From: Eledone cirrhosa | Lineage: Eukaryota | Assembly (NCBI GenBank): GCA_964016885.1 | Contig: OZ024743.1 | Span: forward strand, 52,638,001-52,702,000 | Length of the DNA: 64,000 nt | Reading direction: 5' to 3' | Part shown: piece after piece, positions 1 to 18,200 of the stretch | Layout of the letters: every line of letters begins with the position of its first letter | How positions within the stretch are numbered: position 1 is the first letter of the stretch | Notes under the pieces: model-generated | Told to the model about the DNA's origin: nothing | The model's database searches: none | Seen by the model: the letters and a program-made list of their open reading frames with translations, nothing else | Translations under genes and position numbers: made by a program

Positions 1-218
1 CTGTGGGACTGACCACCCTGAAATCACCAGGCTGTGGGACGAACCACCCCGAGACTACTTGGCTGTGGGACTGACCTCAAGACCACCTGGCTGTGGGACT
101 GACCTTAAGACCACCAGGCTGTGGGACTGCCTTAAGACCACCAGGCTGTGGGACTGACCTCAAGACCACCAGGCTGTGGGACTGACCTCAAGACCACCAG
201 GCTGTGGGACTGACCACC
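1..218. repeat. 27-31 bp minisatellite (about 8 copies, cut by window start)
   Basis: Tandem units such as CTGTGGGACTGACCTCAAGACCACCAGG. Confidence 0.9.
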
Positions 219-269
219 AAATAAGCTGGCTTAACTATGTTCTTTATGCAGGAGATATTTTGAAATGTT

Positions 270-3200
270 CAATGTCTATGTCACATATTGATATAGACAT
301 ACTATAGACAATGTCTATGTCACATGTTGATATAGACATACTATAGACAATGTCTATGTCATATATTGATATAGACATACTATAGACAATGTCTATGTCA
401 CATATTGATATAGACATACTATAGACAATGTCTATGTCATATTGATATAGACATACTATAGACAATGTCTATGTCACATGTTGATATAGACATACTATAG
501 ACAATGTCTATGTCATATATTGATATAGACATACAATAGACAATGTCTATGTCACATATTGATATAGACATACTATAGACAATGTCTATGTCATATATTG
601 ATATAGACATACTATAGACAATGTCTATGTCATATTGATATAGACATACTATAGACAATGTCTATGTCATATTGATATAGACGTACTATAGACAATGTCT
701 ATGTCATATATTGATATAGACATACTATAGACAATGTCTATGTCATATTGATATAGACATACTATAGACAATGTCTATGTCATATTGATATAGACATACT
801 ATAGACAATGTCTATGTCATATTGATATAGACAAACTATAGACAATGTCTATGTCATATTGATATAGACATACTATAGACAATGTCTATGTCACATGTTG
901 ATATAGACATACTATAGACAATGTCTATGTCATATATTGATATATACATACTATAGACAATGTCTATGTCACATATTGATATAGACATACTATAGACAAT
1001 GTCTATGTCATATATTGATATAGACATACTATAGACAATGTCTATGTCACATATTGATATAGACATACTATAGACAATGTCTATGTCACATATTGATATA
1101 GACATACTATAGACAATGTCTATGTCATATATTGATATAGACATACTATAGACAATGTCTATGTCACATATTGATATAGACATACTATAGACAATGTCTA
1201 TGTCACATATTGATATAGACAAACTATAGACAATGTCTATGTCATATATTGATATAGACATACTATAGACAATGTCTATGTCACATATTGATATAGACAT
1301 ACTATAGACAATGTTTATGTCACATATTGATATAGATATACTATATACAATGTCTATGTCACATGTTGATATAGACATACTATAGACAATGTCTATGTCA
1401 TATATTGATATAGACATACTATAGACAATGTCTATGTCACATATTGATATAGACATACTATAGACAATGTCTATGTCACATATTGATATAGACATACTAT
1501 AGACAATGTCTATGTCACATATTGATATAGACAGACTATAGACAATGTCTATGTCACATGTTGATATAGACATACTATAGACAATGTCTATGTCACATGT
1601 TGATATAGACATACTGTAGACAATGTCTATGTCATATATTGATATAGACATACTATAGACAATGTCTATGTCACATGTTGATATAGACATACTATAGACA
1701 ATGTCTATGTCATATATTGATATAGACATACTATAGACAATGTCTATGTCATATATTGATATAGACATACTATAGACAATGTCTATGTCACATGTTGATA
1801 TAGACATACTATAGACAATGTCTATGTCACATATTGATATAGACATACTATAGACAATGTCTGTGTCACATATTGATATAGACATACTATAGACGATGTC
1901 TATGTCATATATTGATATAGACATACTATAGACAATGTCTATGTCACATGTTGATATAGACATACTATAGACAATGTCTATGTCATATATTGATATAGAC
2001 ATACTATAGACAATGTCTATGCCATATATTGATATAGACATACTATAGACAATGTCTATGTCACATGTTGATATAGACATACTATAGACAATGTCTATGT
2101 CATATATTGATATAGACATACTATAGACAATATCTATGCCATATATTGATATAGACATACTATAGACAATGTCTATGTCATATATTGATATAGACATACT
2201 ATAGACAATGTCTATGTCACATGTTGATATAGACATACTATAGACAATGTCTATGTCATATTGATATAGACATACTATAGACAATGTCTATGTCATATTG
2301 ATATAGACATACTATAGACAATGTCTATGTCATATTGATATAGACATACTATAGACAATGTCTATGTCATATTGATATAGACATACTATAGACAATGTCT
2401 ATGTAACATGTTGATATAGACCTACTATAGACAATGTCTATGTCATATATTGATATAGACATACTATAGACAATGTCTATGTCACATGTTGATATAGACA
2501 TACTATAGACAATGTCTATGTCATATATTGATATAGACATACTATAGACAATGTCTATGTCACATATTGATATAGATATACTATATACAATGTCTATGTC
2601 ACATGTTGATATAGACATACTATAGACAATGTCTATGTCATATATTGATATAGACATACTATAGACAATGTCTATGTCACATATTGATATAGACATACTA
2701 TAGACAATGTCTATGTCACATATTGATATAGACATACTATAGACAATGTCTATGTCACATATTGATATAGACAGACTATAGACAATGTCTATGTCACATG
2801 TTGATATAGACATACTATAGACAATGTCTATGTCACATGTTGATATAGACATACTGTAGACAATGTCTATGTCATATATTGATATAGACATACTATAGAC
2901 AATGTCTATGTCACATGTTGATATAGACATACTATAGACAATGTCTATGTCATATATTGATATAGACATACTATAGACAATGTCTATGTCATATATTGAT
3001 ATAGACATACTATAGACAATGTCTATGTCACATGTTGATATAGACATACTATAGACAATGTCTATGTCACATATTGATATAGACATACTATAGACAATGT
3101 CTGTGTCACATATTGATATAGACATACTATAGACGATGTCTATGTCATATATTGATATAGACATACTATAGACAATGTCTATGTCACATGTTGATATAGA

Positions 3201-6200
3201 CATACTATAGACAATGTCTATGTCATATATTGATATAGACATACTATAGACAATGTCTATGCCATATATTGATATAGACATACTATAGACAATGTCTATG
3301 TCACATGTTGATATAGACATACTATAGACAATGTCTATGTCATATATTGATATAGACATACTATAGACAATATCTATGCCATATATTGATATAGACATAC
3401 TATAGACAATGTCTATGTCATATATTGATATAGACATACTATAGACAATGTCTATGTCACATGTTGATATAGACATACTATAGACAATGTCTATGTCATA
3501 TTGATATAGACATACTATAGACAATGTCTATGTCATATTGATATAGACATACTATAGACAATGTCTATGTCATATTGATATAGACATACTATAGACAATG
3601 TCTATGTCATATTGATATAGACATACTATAGACAATGTCTATGTAACATGTTGATATAGACCTACTATAGACAATGTCTATGTCATATATTGATATAGAC
3701 ATACTATAGACAATGTCTATGTCACATGTTGATATAGACATACTATAGACAATGTCTATGTCATATTGATATAGACATACTATAGACAATGTCTATGTCA
3801 TATTGATATAGACATACTATAGACAATGTCTATGTCACATGTTGATATAGACCTACTATAGACAATGTCTATGTCATATATTGATATAGACATACTATAG
3901 ACAATCTCTATCTCACATGTTGATATAGACATACTATAGACAATGTCTATGTCATATATTGATATAGACATACTATAGACAATGTCTATGTCACATGTTG
4001 ATATAGACATACTATAGACAATGTCTATGTCATATTGATATAGACATACTATAGACAATGTCTATGTCATATTGATATAGACATACTATAGACAATGTCT
4101 ATGTCATATTGATATAGACATACTATAGACAATGTCTATGTCATATTGATATAGACATACTATAGACAATGTCTATGTCACATATTGATATAGACATACT
4201 ATAGCCAATCTCTATGTCACATATTGATATAGACATACTATAGACAATGTCTATGTCATATATTGATATAGACATACTATAGACAATGTCTATGTCACAT
4301 ATTGATATAGACATACTATAGACAATGTCTATGTCACATATTGATATAGACATACTATAGACAATGTCTATGTCACATGTTGATATAGACATACTATAGA
4401 CAATGTCTATGTCATATATTGATATAGACATACTATAGACAATGTCTATGTCACATATTGATATAGACATACTATAGACAATGTCTATGTCACATATTGA
4501 TATAGACATACTATAGACAATGTCTATGTGACATGTTGATATAGACATACTATAGACAATGTCTATGTCACATGTTGATATAGACATACTGTAGACAATG
4601 TCTATGTCATATATTGATATAGACATACTATAGACAATGTCTATGTCACATGTTGATATAGACATACTATAGACAATGTCTATGTCATATATTGATATAG
4701 ACATACTATAGAAAATGTCTATGCCATATATTGATATAGACATACTATAGACAATGTCTATGTCATATATTGATATAGACATACTATAGACAATGTCTAT
4801 GTCACATGTTGATATAGACATACTATAGACAATGTCTATGTCACATATTGATATAGGCATACTATAGACAATGTCTATGTCACATATTGATATAGACATA
4901 CTATAGACGATGTCTATGTCATATATTGATATAGATATACTATAGCCAATCTCTATGTCACATGTTAATATAGACATACTATAGACAATGTCTATGTCAC
5001 ATATTGATATAGACATACTATAGACAATGTCTATGTCACATGTTGATATAGACATACTGTAGACAATGTCTATGTCATATATTGATATAGACATACTATA
5101 GACAATGTCTATGTCACATGTTGATATAGACATACTATAGACAATGTCTATGTCATATATAGATATAGACATACTATAGACAATGTCTATGTCATATATA
5201 GATATAGACATACTATAGACAATGTCTATGTCATATATTGATATAGACATACTATAGACAATGTCTATGCCATATATTGATATAGACATACTATAGACAA
5301 TGTCTATGTCACATGTTGATATAGACATACTATAGACAATGTCTATGTCATATATTGATATAGACATACTATAGACAATGTCTATGTCATATATTGATAT
5401 AGACATACTATAGACAATGTCTATGTCACATGTTGATATAGACATACTATAGACAATGTCTATGTCATATTGATATAGACATACTATAGACAATGTCTAT
5501 GTCATATTGATGTAGACATACTATAGACAATGTCTATGTCATATTGATATAGACATACTATGGACAATGTCTATGTCATATTGATATAGACATACTATAG
5601 ACAATGTCTATGTCACATGTTGATATAGACCTACTATAGACAATGTCTATGTCATATATTGATATAGACATACTATAGACAATGTCTATGTCACATATTG
5701 ATATAGACATACTATAGACAATGTCTATGTCATATATTGATATAGACATACTATAGACAATGTCTATGTCACATATTGATATAGACATACTATAGACAAT
5801 GTCTATGTCACATATTGATATAGACATACTATAGACGATGTCTATGTCATATATTGATATAGACATACTATAGACAATGTCTATGTCACATATTGATATA
5901 GACATACTATAGACAATGTCTATGTCACATATTGATATAGACATACTATAGACAATGTGTATGTCATATATTGATATAGACACACTATAGACAATGTCTA
6001 TGTCACATATTGATATAGACATACTATAGACAATGTCTATGTCATATATTGATATAGACATACTATAGACAATGTCTATATCACATGTTGATATAGACAT
6101 ACTATAGACAATGTCTATGTCATATATTGATATAGACATACTATAGACAATGACTGTCACATATTGATATAGACATACTATAGACAATGTCTATGTCACA

Positions 6201-9200
6201 TGTTGATATAGACATACTGTAGACAATGTCTATGTCACATATTGATATAGACATACTATAGACAATGTCTATGCCACATATTGATATAGACATACTATAG
6301 ACAATGTCTATGTCACATGTTGATATAGACATACTATAGACAATGTCTATGTCATATATTGATATAGACATACTATAGACAATGTCAGTGTCACATATTG
6401 ATATAGACATACTATAGACAATGTCTATGTCACATATTGATATAGACATACTATAGACAATGTCTATGTCACATATTGATATAGACATACTATAGACAAT
6501 GTCTATGTCACATGTTGATATAGACACACTATAGACAATGTCTATGTCATATATTGATATAGACATACTATAGACAATGTCTATGTCACATATTCATATA
6601 GACATACTATAGACAATGTCTATGTCATATATTGATATAGACATACTATAGACAATGTCTATATCACATGTTGATATAGACATACTATAGACAATGTCTA
6701 TGTCACATATTGATATAGACATACTATAGACAATGTCTATGTCACATATTGATATAGACATACTATAGACAATGTCTATGTCACATGTTGATATAGACAT
6801 ACTATAGACAATGTCTATGTTATATATTGATATAGACATACTATAGACAATGTCTATGTCAAATATTGATATAGACATACTATAGACAATGTCTATGTCA
6901 CATGTTGATATAGACATACTATAGACAATGTCTATGTCATATATTGATATAGACATACTATAGACAATGTCTATGCCATATATTGATATAGACATACTAT
7001 AGACAATGTCTATGTCACATATTGATATAGACATACTATAGACAATGTCTATGTCATATATTGATATAGACATACTATAGCCAATCTCTATGTCACATGT
7101 TGATATAGACATACTATAGACAATGTCTATGTCATATATTGATATAGACATACTATAGACAATGTCTATGTCACATGTTGATATAGACATACTATAGACA
7201 ATGTCTATGTCACATATTGATATAGACATACTATAGACAATGTCTATGTCATATATTGATATAGACATACTATAGACAATGTCTATGTCACATATTGATA
7301 TAGACATACTATAGACAATGTCTATGTCATATATTGATATAGACATACTATAGACAATGTCTATGTCATATGTTGATATAGACATACTATAGACAATGTC
7401 TATGTCACATACTGATATAGACATACTATAGACAATGTCTATGTCACATGTTGATATAGACATACTATAGACAATGTCTATGTCACATGTTGATATAGAC
7501 ATAATATAGACAATGTCTATGTCACATGTTGATATAGACACACTATAGACAATGTCTATGTCATATATTGATATAGACATACTATAGACAATGTCTATGT
7601 CACATATTGATATAGACATACTATAGACAATGTCTATGTCACATATTGATATAGACATACTATAGACAATGTCTATGTCACATATTGATATAGACATACT
7701 ATAGACAATGTCTATGTCGCATGTTGATATAGACATACTATAGACAATGTCTATGTCATATATTGATATAGACATACTATAGACAATGTCTATGTCACAT
7801 ATTGATATAGACATACTATAGACAATGTCTATGTCACATATTGATATAGACATACTATAGACAATGTCTATGTCACATATTGATATAGACATACTATAGA
7901 CAATGTCTATGTCACATATTGATATAGACATACTATAGACATTGTCTATGTCACATATTGATATAGACATACTATAGACAATGTCTATGTCATATATTGA
8001 TATAGACATACTATAGACAATGTCTATGTCACATGTTGATATAGACATACTATAGACAATGTCTATCTCATATGTTGATATAGACATACTATAGACAATG
8101 TCTATGTCACATATTGATATAGACATACTATAGACAATGTCTATGTCACATGTTGATATAGATATACTATAGACAATGTCTATGTCATATATTGATATAG
8201 ACATACTATAGACAATGTCTATGTCACATATTGATATAGACATACTATAGACAATGTCTATGTCACATATTGATATAGACATACTATAGCCAATCTCTAT
8301 GTCACATGTTGATATAGACATACTATAGACAATGTCTATGTCATATATTGATATAGACATACTATAGACAATGTCTATGTCACATATTGATATAGACATA
8401 CTATAGACAATGTCTATGTCATATATTGATATAGACATACTATAGACAATGTCTATGTCACATATTGATATAGACATACTATAGACAATGTTTATGTCAC
8501 ATATTGATATAGACATACTATAGACAATGTCTATGTCATATATTGATATAGACATACTATAGACAATGTCTATGTCATATATTGATATAGACATACTATA
8601 GAAAATGTCTATGTCACATATTGATATAGACATACTATAGACAATGTCTATGTCACATATTGATATAGACATACTATAGCCAATCTCTATGTCACATGTT
8701 GATATAGACATACTATAGACAATGTCTATGTCATATATTTATATAGACATACTATAGACAATGTCTATGTCACATGTTGATATAGACATACTATAGACAA
8801 TGTCTATGTCATATATTGATATAGACATACTATAGACAATGTCTATGCCATATATTGATATAGACATACTATAGACAATGTCTATGTCACATATTGATAT
8901 AGACATACTATAGACAATGTCTATGTCATATATTGATATAGACATACTATAGACAATGTCTATGTCACATATTGATATAGACATACTATAGACAATGTCT
9001 ATGTCACATGTTGATATAGACATACTATAGACAATGTCTATGTCATATATTGATATAGACATACTATAGACAATATCTATGCCATATATTGATATAGACA
9101 TACTATAGACAATGTCTATGTCATATATTGATATAGACATACTATAGACAATGTCTATGTCACATGTTGATATAGACATACTATAGACAATGTCTATGTC

Positions 9201-12200
9201 ATATTGATATAGACATACTATAGACAATGTCTATGTCATATTGATATAGACATACTATAGACAATGTCTATGTCATATTGATATAGACATACTATAGACA
9301 ATGTCTATGTCATATTGATATAGACATACTATAGACAATGTCTATGTAACATGTTGATATAGACCTACTATAGACAATGTCTATGTCATATATTGATATA
9401 GACATACTATAGACAATGTCTATGTCACATGTTGATATAGACATACTATAGACAATGTCTATGTCATATTGATATAGACATACTATAGACAATGTCTATG
9501 TCATATTGATATAGACATACTATAGACAATGTCTATGTCACATGTTGATATAGACCTACTATAGACAATGTCCATGTCATATATTGATATAGACATACTA
9601 TAGACAATCTCTATCTCACATGTTGATATAGACATACTATAGACAATGTCTATGTCATATATTGATATAGACATACTATAGACAATGTCTATGTCACATG
9701 TTGATATAGACATACTATAGACAATGTCTATGTCATATTGATATAGACATACTATAGACAATGTCTATGTCATATTGATATAGACATACTATAGACAATG
9801 TCTATGTCATATTGATATAGACATACTATAGACAATGTCTATGTCATATTGATATAGACATACTATAGACAATGTCTATGTCACATATTGATATAGACAT
9901 ACTATAGACAATGTCTATGTCATATTGATATAGACATACTATAGACAATGTCTATGTCACATATTGATATAGACATACTATAGCCAATCTCTATGTCACA
10001 TATTGATATAGACATACTATAGACAATGTCTATGTCATATATTGATATAGACATACTATAGACAATGTCTATGTCACATATTGATATAGACATACTATAG
10101 ACAATGTCTATGTCACATATTGATATAGACATACTATAGACAATGTCTATGTCACATGTTGATATAGACATACTATAGACAATGTCTATGTCATATATTG
10201 ATATAGACATACTATAGACAATGTCTATGTCACATATTGATATAGACATACTATAGACAATGTCTATGTCACATATTGATATAGACATACTATAGACAAT
10301 GTCTATGTGACATGTTGATATAGACATACTATAGACAATGTCTATGTCACATGTTGATATAGACATACTGTAGACAATGTCTATGTCATATATTGATATA
10401 GACATACTATAGACAATGTCTATGTCACATGTTGATATAGACATACTATAGACAATGTCTATGTCATATATTGATATAGACATACTATAGAAAATGTCTA
10501 TGCCATATATTGATATAGACATACTATAGACAATGTCTATGTCATATATTGATATAGACATACTATAGACAATGTCTATGTCACATGTTGATATAGACAT
10601 ACTATAGACAATGTCTATGTCACATATTGATATAGGCATACTATAGACAATGTCTATGTCACATATTGATATAGACATACTATAGACGATGTCTATGTCA
10701 TATATTGATATAGATATACTATAGCCAATCTCTATGTCACATGTTAATATAGACATACTATAGACAATGTCTATGTCACATATTGATATAGACATACTAT
10801 AGACAATGTCTATGTCACATGTTGATATAGACATACTGTAGACAATGTCTATGTCATATATTGATATAGACATACTATAGACAATGTCTATGTCACATGT
10901 TGATATAGACATACTATAGACAATGTCTATGTCATATATAGATATAGACATACTATAGACAATGTCTATGTCATATATAGATATAGACATACTATAGACA
11001 ATGTCTATGTCATATATTGATATAGACATACTATAGACAATGTCTATGCCATATATTGATATAGACATACTATAGACAATGTCTATGTCACATGTTGATA
11101 TAGACATACTATAGACAATGTCTATGTCATATATTGATATAGACATACTATAGACAATGTCTATGTCATATATTGATATAGACATACTATAGACAATGTC
11201 TATGTCACATGTTGATATAGACATACTATAGACAATGTCTATGTCATATTGATATAGACATACTATAGACAATGTCTATGTCATATTGATGTAGACATAC
11301 TATAGACAATGTCTATGTCATATTGATATAGACATACTATGGACAATGTCTATGTCATATTGATATAGACATACTATAGACAATGTCTATGTCACATGTT
11401 GATATAGACCTACTATAGACAATGTCTATGTCATATATTGATATAGACATACTATAGACAATGTCTATGTCACATATTGATATAGACATACTATAGACAA
11501 TGTCTATGTCATATATTGATATAGACATACTATAGACAATGTCTATGTCACATATTGATATAGACATACTATAGACAATGTCTATGTCACATATTGATAT
11601 AGACATACTATAGACGATGTCTATGTCATATATTGATATAGACATACTATAGACAATGTCTATGTCACATATTGATATAGACATACTATAGACAATGTCT
11701 ATGTCACATATTGATATAGACATACTATAGACAATGTGTATGTCATATATTGATATAGACACACTATAGACAATGTCTATGTCACATATTGATATAGACA
11801 TACTATAGACAATGTCTATGTCATATATTGATATAGACATACTATAGACAATGTCTATATCACATGTTGATATAGACATACTATAGACAATGTCTATGTC
11901 ATATATTGATATAGACATACTATAGACAATGACTATGTCACATATTGATATAGACATACTATAGACAATGTCTATGTCACATGTTGATATAGACATACTG
12001 TAGACAATGTCTATGTCACATATTGATATAGACATACTATAGACAATGTCTATGCCACATATTGATATAGACATACTATAGACAATGTCTATGTCACATG
12101 TTGATATAGACATACTATAGACAATGTCTATGTCATATATTGATATAGACATACTATAGACAATGTCAGTGTCACATATTGATATAGACATACTATAGAC

Positions 12201-15200
12201 AATGTCTATGTCACATATTGATATAGACATACTATAGACAATGTCTATGTCACATATTGATATAGACATACTATAGACAATGTCTATGTCACATGTTGAT
12301 ATAGACACACTATAGACAATGTCTATGTCATATATTGATATAGACATACTATAGACAATGTCTATGTCACATATTCATATAGACATACTATAGACAATGT
12401 CTATGTCATATATTGATATAGACATACTATAGACAATGTCTATATCACATGTTGATATAGACATACTATAGACAATGTCTATGTCACATATTGATATAGA
12501 CATACTATAGACAATGTCTATGTCACATATTGATATAGACATACTATAGACAATGTCTATGTCACATGTTGATATAGACATACTATAGACAATGTCTATG
12601 TTATATATTGATATAGACATACTATAGACAATGTCTATGTCAAATATTGATATAGACATACTATAGACAATGTCTATGTCACATGTTGATATAGACATAC
12701 TATAGACAATGTCTATGTCATATATTGATATAGACATACTATAGACAATGTCTATGCCATATATTGATATAGACATACTATAGACAATGTCTATGTCACA
12801 TATTGATATAGACATACTATAGACAATGTCTATGTCATATATTGATATAGACATACTATAGCCAATCTCTATGTCACATGTTGATATAGACATACTATAG
12901 ACAATGTCTATGTCATATATTGATATAGACATACTATAGACAATGTCTATGTCACATGTTGATATAGACATACTATAGACAATGTCTATGTCACATATTG
13001 ATATAGACATACTATAGACAATGTCTATGTCATATATTGATATAGACATACTATAGACAATGTCTATGTCACATATTGATATAGACATACTATAGACAAT
13101 GTCTATGTCATATATTGATATAGACATACTATAGACAATGTCTATGTCATATGTTGATATAGACATACTATAGACAATGTCTATGTCACATACTGATATA
13201 GACATACTATAGACAATGTCTATGTCACATGTTGATATAGACATACTATAGACAATGTCTATGTCATATGTTGATATAGACATACTATAGACAATGTCTA
13301 TGTCACATGTTGATATAGACACACTATAGACAATGTCTATGTCATATATTGATATAGACATACTATAGACAATGTCTATGTCACATATTGATATAGACAT
13401 ACTATAGACAATGTCTATGTCACATATTGATATAGACATACTATAGACAATGTCTATGTCACATATTGATATAGACATACTATAGACAATGTCTATGTCG
13501 CATGTTGATATAGACATACTATAGACAATGTCTATGTCATATATTGATATAGACATACTATAGACAATGTCTATGTCACATATTGATATAGACATACTAT
13601 AGACAATGTCTATGTCACATATTGATATAGACATACTATAGACAATGTCTATGTCACATATTGATATAGACATACTATAGACAATGTCTATGTCACATAT
13701 TGATATAGACATACTATAGACATTGTCTATGTCACATATTGATATAGACATACTATAGACAATGTCTATGTCATATATTGATATAGACATACTATAGACA
13801 ATGTCTATGTCACATGTTGATATAGACATACTATAGACAATGTCTATGTCATATATTGATATAGACATACTATAGACAATGTCTATGTCACATATTGATA
13901 TAGACATACTATAGACAATGTCTATGTCACATATTGATATAGACATACTATAGACAATGTCTATGTCATATATTGATATAGACATACTATAGCCAATCTC
14001 TATGTCACATGTTGATATAGACATACTATAGACAATGTCTATGTCATACATTGATATAGACATACTATAGACAATATCTATGTCACATATTGATATAGAC
14101 ATACTATAGACAATGTCTATGTCATATATTGATATAGACATACTATAGACAATGTCTATCTCATATGTTGATATAGACATACTATAGACAATGTCTATGT
14201 CACATATTGATATAGACATACTATAGACAATGTCTATGTCACATGTTGATATAGATATACTATAGACAATGTCTATGTCATATATTGATATAGACATACT
14301 ATAGACAATGTCTATGTCACATATTGATATAGACATACTATAGACAATGTCTATGTCACATATTGATATAGACATACTATAGCCAATCTCTATGTCACAT
14401 GTTGATATAGACATACTATAGACAATGTCTATGTCATATATTGATATAGACATACTATAGACAATGTCTATGTCACATATTGATATAGACATACTATAGA
14501 CAATGTCTATGTCATATATTGATATAGACATACTATAGACAATGTCTATGTCACATATTGATATAGACATACTATAGACAATGTTTATGTCACATATTGA
14601 TATAGACATACTATAGACAATGTCTATGTCATATATTGATATAGACATACTATAGACAATGTCTATGTCATATATTGATATAGACATACTATAGAAAATG
14701 TCTATGTCACATATTGATATAGACATACTATAGACAATGTCTATGTCACATATTGATATAGACATACTATAGCCAATCTCTATGTCACATGTTGATATAG
14801 ACATACTATAGACAATGTCTATGTCATATATTTATATAGACATACTATAGACAATGTCTATGTCACATGTTGATATAGACATACTATAGACAATGTCTAT
14901 GTCATATATTGATATAGACATACTATAGACAATGTCTATGCCATATATTGATATAGACATACTATAGACAATGTCTATGTCACATATTGATATAGACATA
15001 CTATAGACAATGTCTATGTCATATATTGATATAGACATACTATAGACAATGTCTATGTCACATATTGATATAGACATACTATAGACAATGTCTATGTCAC
15101 ATGTTGATATAGACATACTATAGACAATGTCTATGTCATATATTGATATAGACATACTATAGACAATATCTATGCCATATATTGATATAGACATACTATA

Positions 15201-18200
15201 GACAATGTCTATGTCATATATTGATATAGACATACTATAGACAATGTCTATGTCACATGTTGATATAGACATACTATAGACAATGTCTATGTCATATTGA
15301 TATAGACATACTATAGACAATGTCTATGTCATATTGATATAGACATACTATAGACAATGTCTATGTCATATTGATATAGACATACTATAGACAATGTCTA
15401 TGTCATATTGATATAGACATACTATAGACAATGTCTATGTAACATGTTGATATAGACCTACTATAGACAATGTCTATGTCATATATTGATATAGACATAC
15501 TATAGACAATGTCTATGTCACATGTTGATATAGACATACTATAGACAATGTCTATGTCATATTGATATAGACATACTATAGACAATGTCTATGTCATATT
15601 GATATAGACATACTATAGACAATGTCTATGTCACATGTTGATATAGACCTACTATAGACAATGTCCATGTCATATATTGATATAGACATACTATAGACAA
15701 TCTCTATCTCACATGTTGATATAGACATACTATAGACAATGTCTATGTCATATATTGATATAGACATACTATAGACAATGTCTATGTCACATGTTGATAT
15801 AGACATACTATAGACAATGTCTATGTCATATTGATATAGACATACTATAGACAATGTCTATGTCATATTGATATAGACATACTATAGACAATGTCTATGT
15901 CATATTGATATAGACATACTATAGACAATGTCTATGTCATATTGATATAGACATACTATAGACAATGTCTATGTCACATATTGATATAGACATACTATAG
16001 CCAATCTCTATGTCACATATTGATATAGACATACTATAGACAATGTCTATGTCATATATTGATATAGACATACTATAGACAATGTCTATGTCATATATTG
16101 ATATAGACATACTATAGACAATGTCTATGTCACATATTGATATAGACATACTATAGACAATGTCTATGTCACATATTGATATAGACATACTATAGACAAT
16201 GTCTATGTCACATATTGATATATACAGACTATAGACAATGTCTATGTCACATGTTGATATAGACATACTATAGACAATGTCTATGTCATATATTGATATA
16301 GACATACTATAGACAATGTCTATGTCACATATTGATATAGACATACTATAGACAATGTCTATGTCACATATTGATATAGACATACTATAGACAATGTCTA
16401 TGTCACATGTTGATATAGACATACTATAGACAATGTCTATGTCACATGTTGATATAGACATACTGTAGACAATGTCTATGTCATATATTGATATAGACAT
16501 ACTATAGACAATGTCTATGTCACATGTTGATATAGACATACTATAGACAATGTCTATGTCATATATTGATATAGACATACTATAGAAAATGTCTATGCCA
16601 TATATTGATATAGACATACTATAGACAATGTCTATGTCATATATTGATATAGACATACTATAGACAATGTCTATGTCACATGTTGATATAGACATACTAT
16701 AGACAATGTCTATGTCACATATTGATATAGGCATACTATAGACAATGTCTATGTCACATATTGATATAGACATACTATAGACGATGTCTATGTCATATAT
16801 TGATATAGATATACTATAGCCAATCTCTATGTCACATGTTAATATAGACATACTATAGACAATGTCTATGTCACATATTGATATAGACATACTATAGACA
16901 ATGTCTATGTCACATGTTGATATAGACATACTGTAGACAATGTCTATGTCATATATTGATATAGACATACTATAGACAATGTCTATGTCACATGTTGATA
17001 TAGACATACTATAGACAATGTCTATGTCATATATAGATATAGACATACTATAGACAATGTCTATGTCATATATAGATATAGACATACTATAGACAATGTC
17101 TATGTCATATATTGATATAGACATACTATAGACAATGTCTATGCCATATATTGATATAGACATACTATAGACAATGTCTATGTCACATGTTGATATAGAC
17201 ATACTATAGACAATGTCTATGTCATATATTGATATAGACATACTATAGACAATGTCTATGTCATATATTGATATAGACATACTATAGACAATGTCTATGT
17301 CACATGTTGATATAGACATACTATAGACAATATCTATGTCATATTGATATAGACATACTATAGACAATGTCTATGTCATATTGATGTAGACATACTATAG
17401 ACAATGTCTATGTCATATTGATATAGACATACTATGGACAATGTCTATGTCATATTGATATAGACATACTATAGACAATGTCTATGTCACATGTTGATAT
17501 AGATCTACTATAGACAATGTCTATGTCATATATTGATATAGACATACTATAGACAATGTCTATGTCACATATTGATATAGACATACTATAGACAATGTCT
17601 ATGTCACATATTGATATAGACATACTATAGACGATGTCTATGTCATATATTGATATAGACATACTATAGACAATGTCTATGTCACATATTGATATAGACA
17701 TACTATAGACAATGTCTATGTCACATATTGATATAGACATACTATAGACAATGTGTATGTCATATATTGATATAGACACACTATAGACAATGTCTATGTC
17801 ATATATTGATATAGACATACTATAGACAATGTCTATGTCATATATTGATATAGACATACTATAGACAATGTCTATATCACATGTTGATATAGACATACTA
17901 TAGACAATGTCTATGTCACATATTGATATAGACATACTATAGACAATGTCTATGTCACATGTTGATATAGACATACTGTAGACAATGTCTATGTCACATA
18001 TTGATATAGACATACTATAGACAATGTCTATGCCACATATTGATATAGACATACTATAGACAATGTCTATGTCACATGTTGATATAGACATACTATAGAC
18101 AATGTCTATGTCATATATTGATATAGACATACTATAGACAATGTCTATGTCACATATTGATATAGACATACTATAGACAATGTCTATGTCACATATTGAT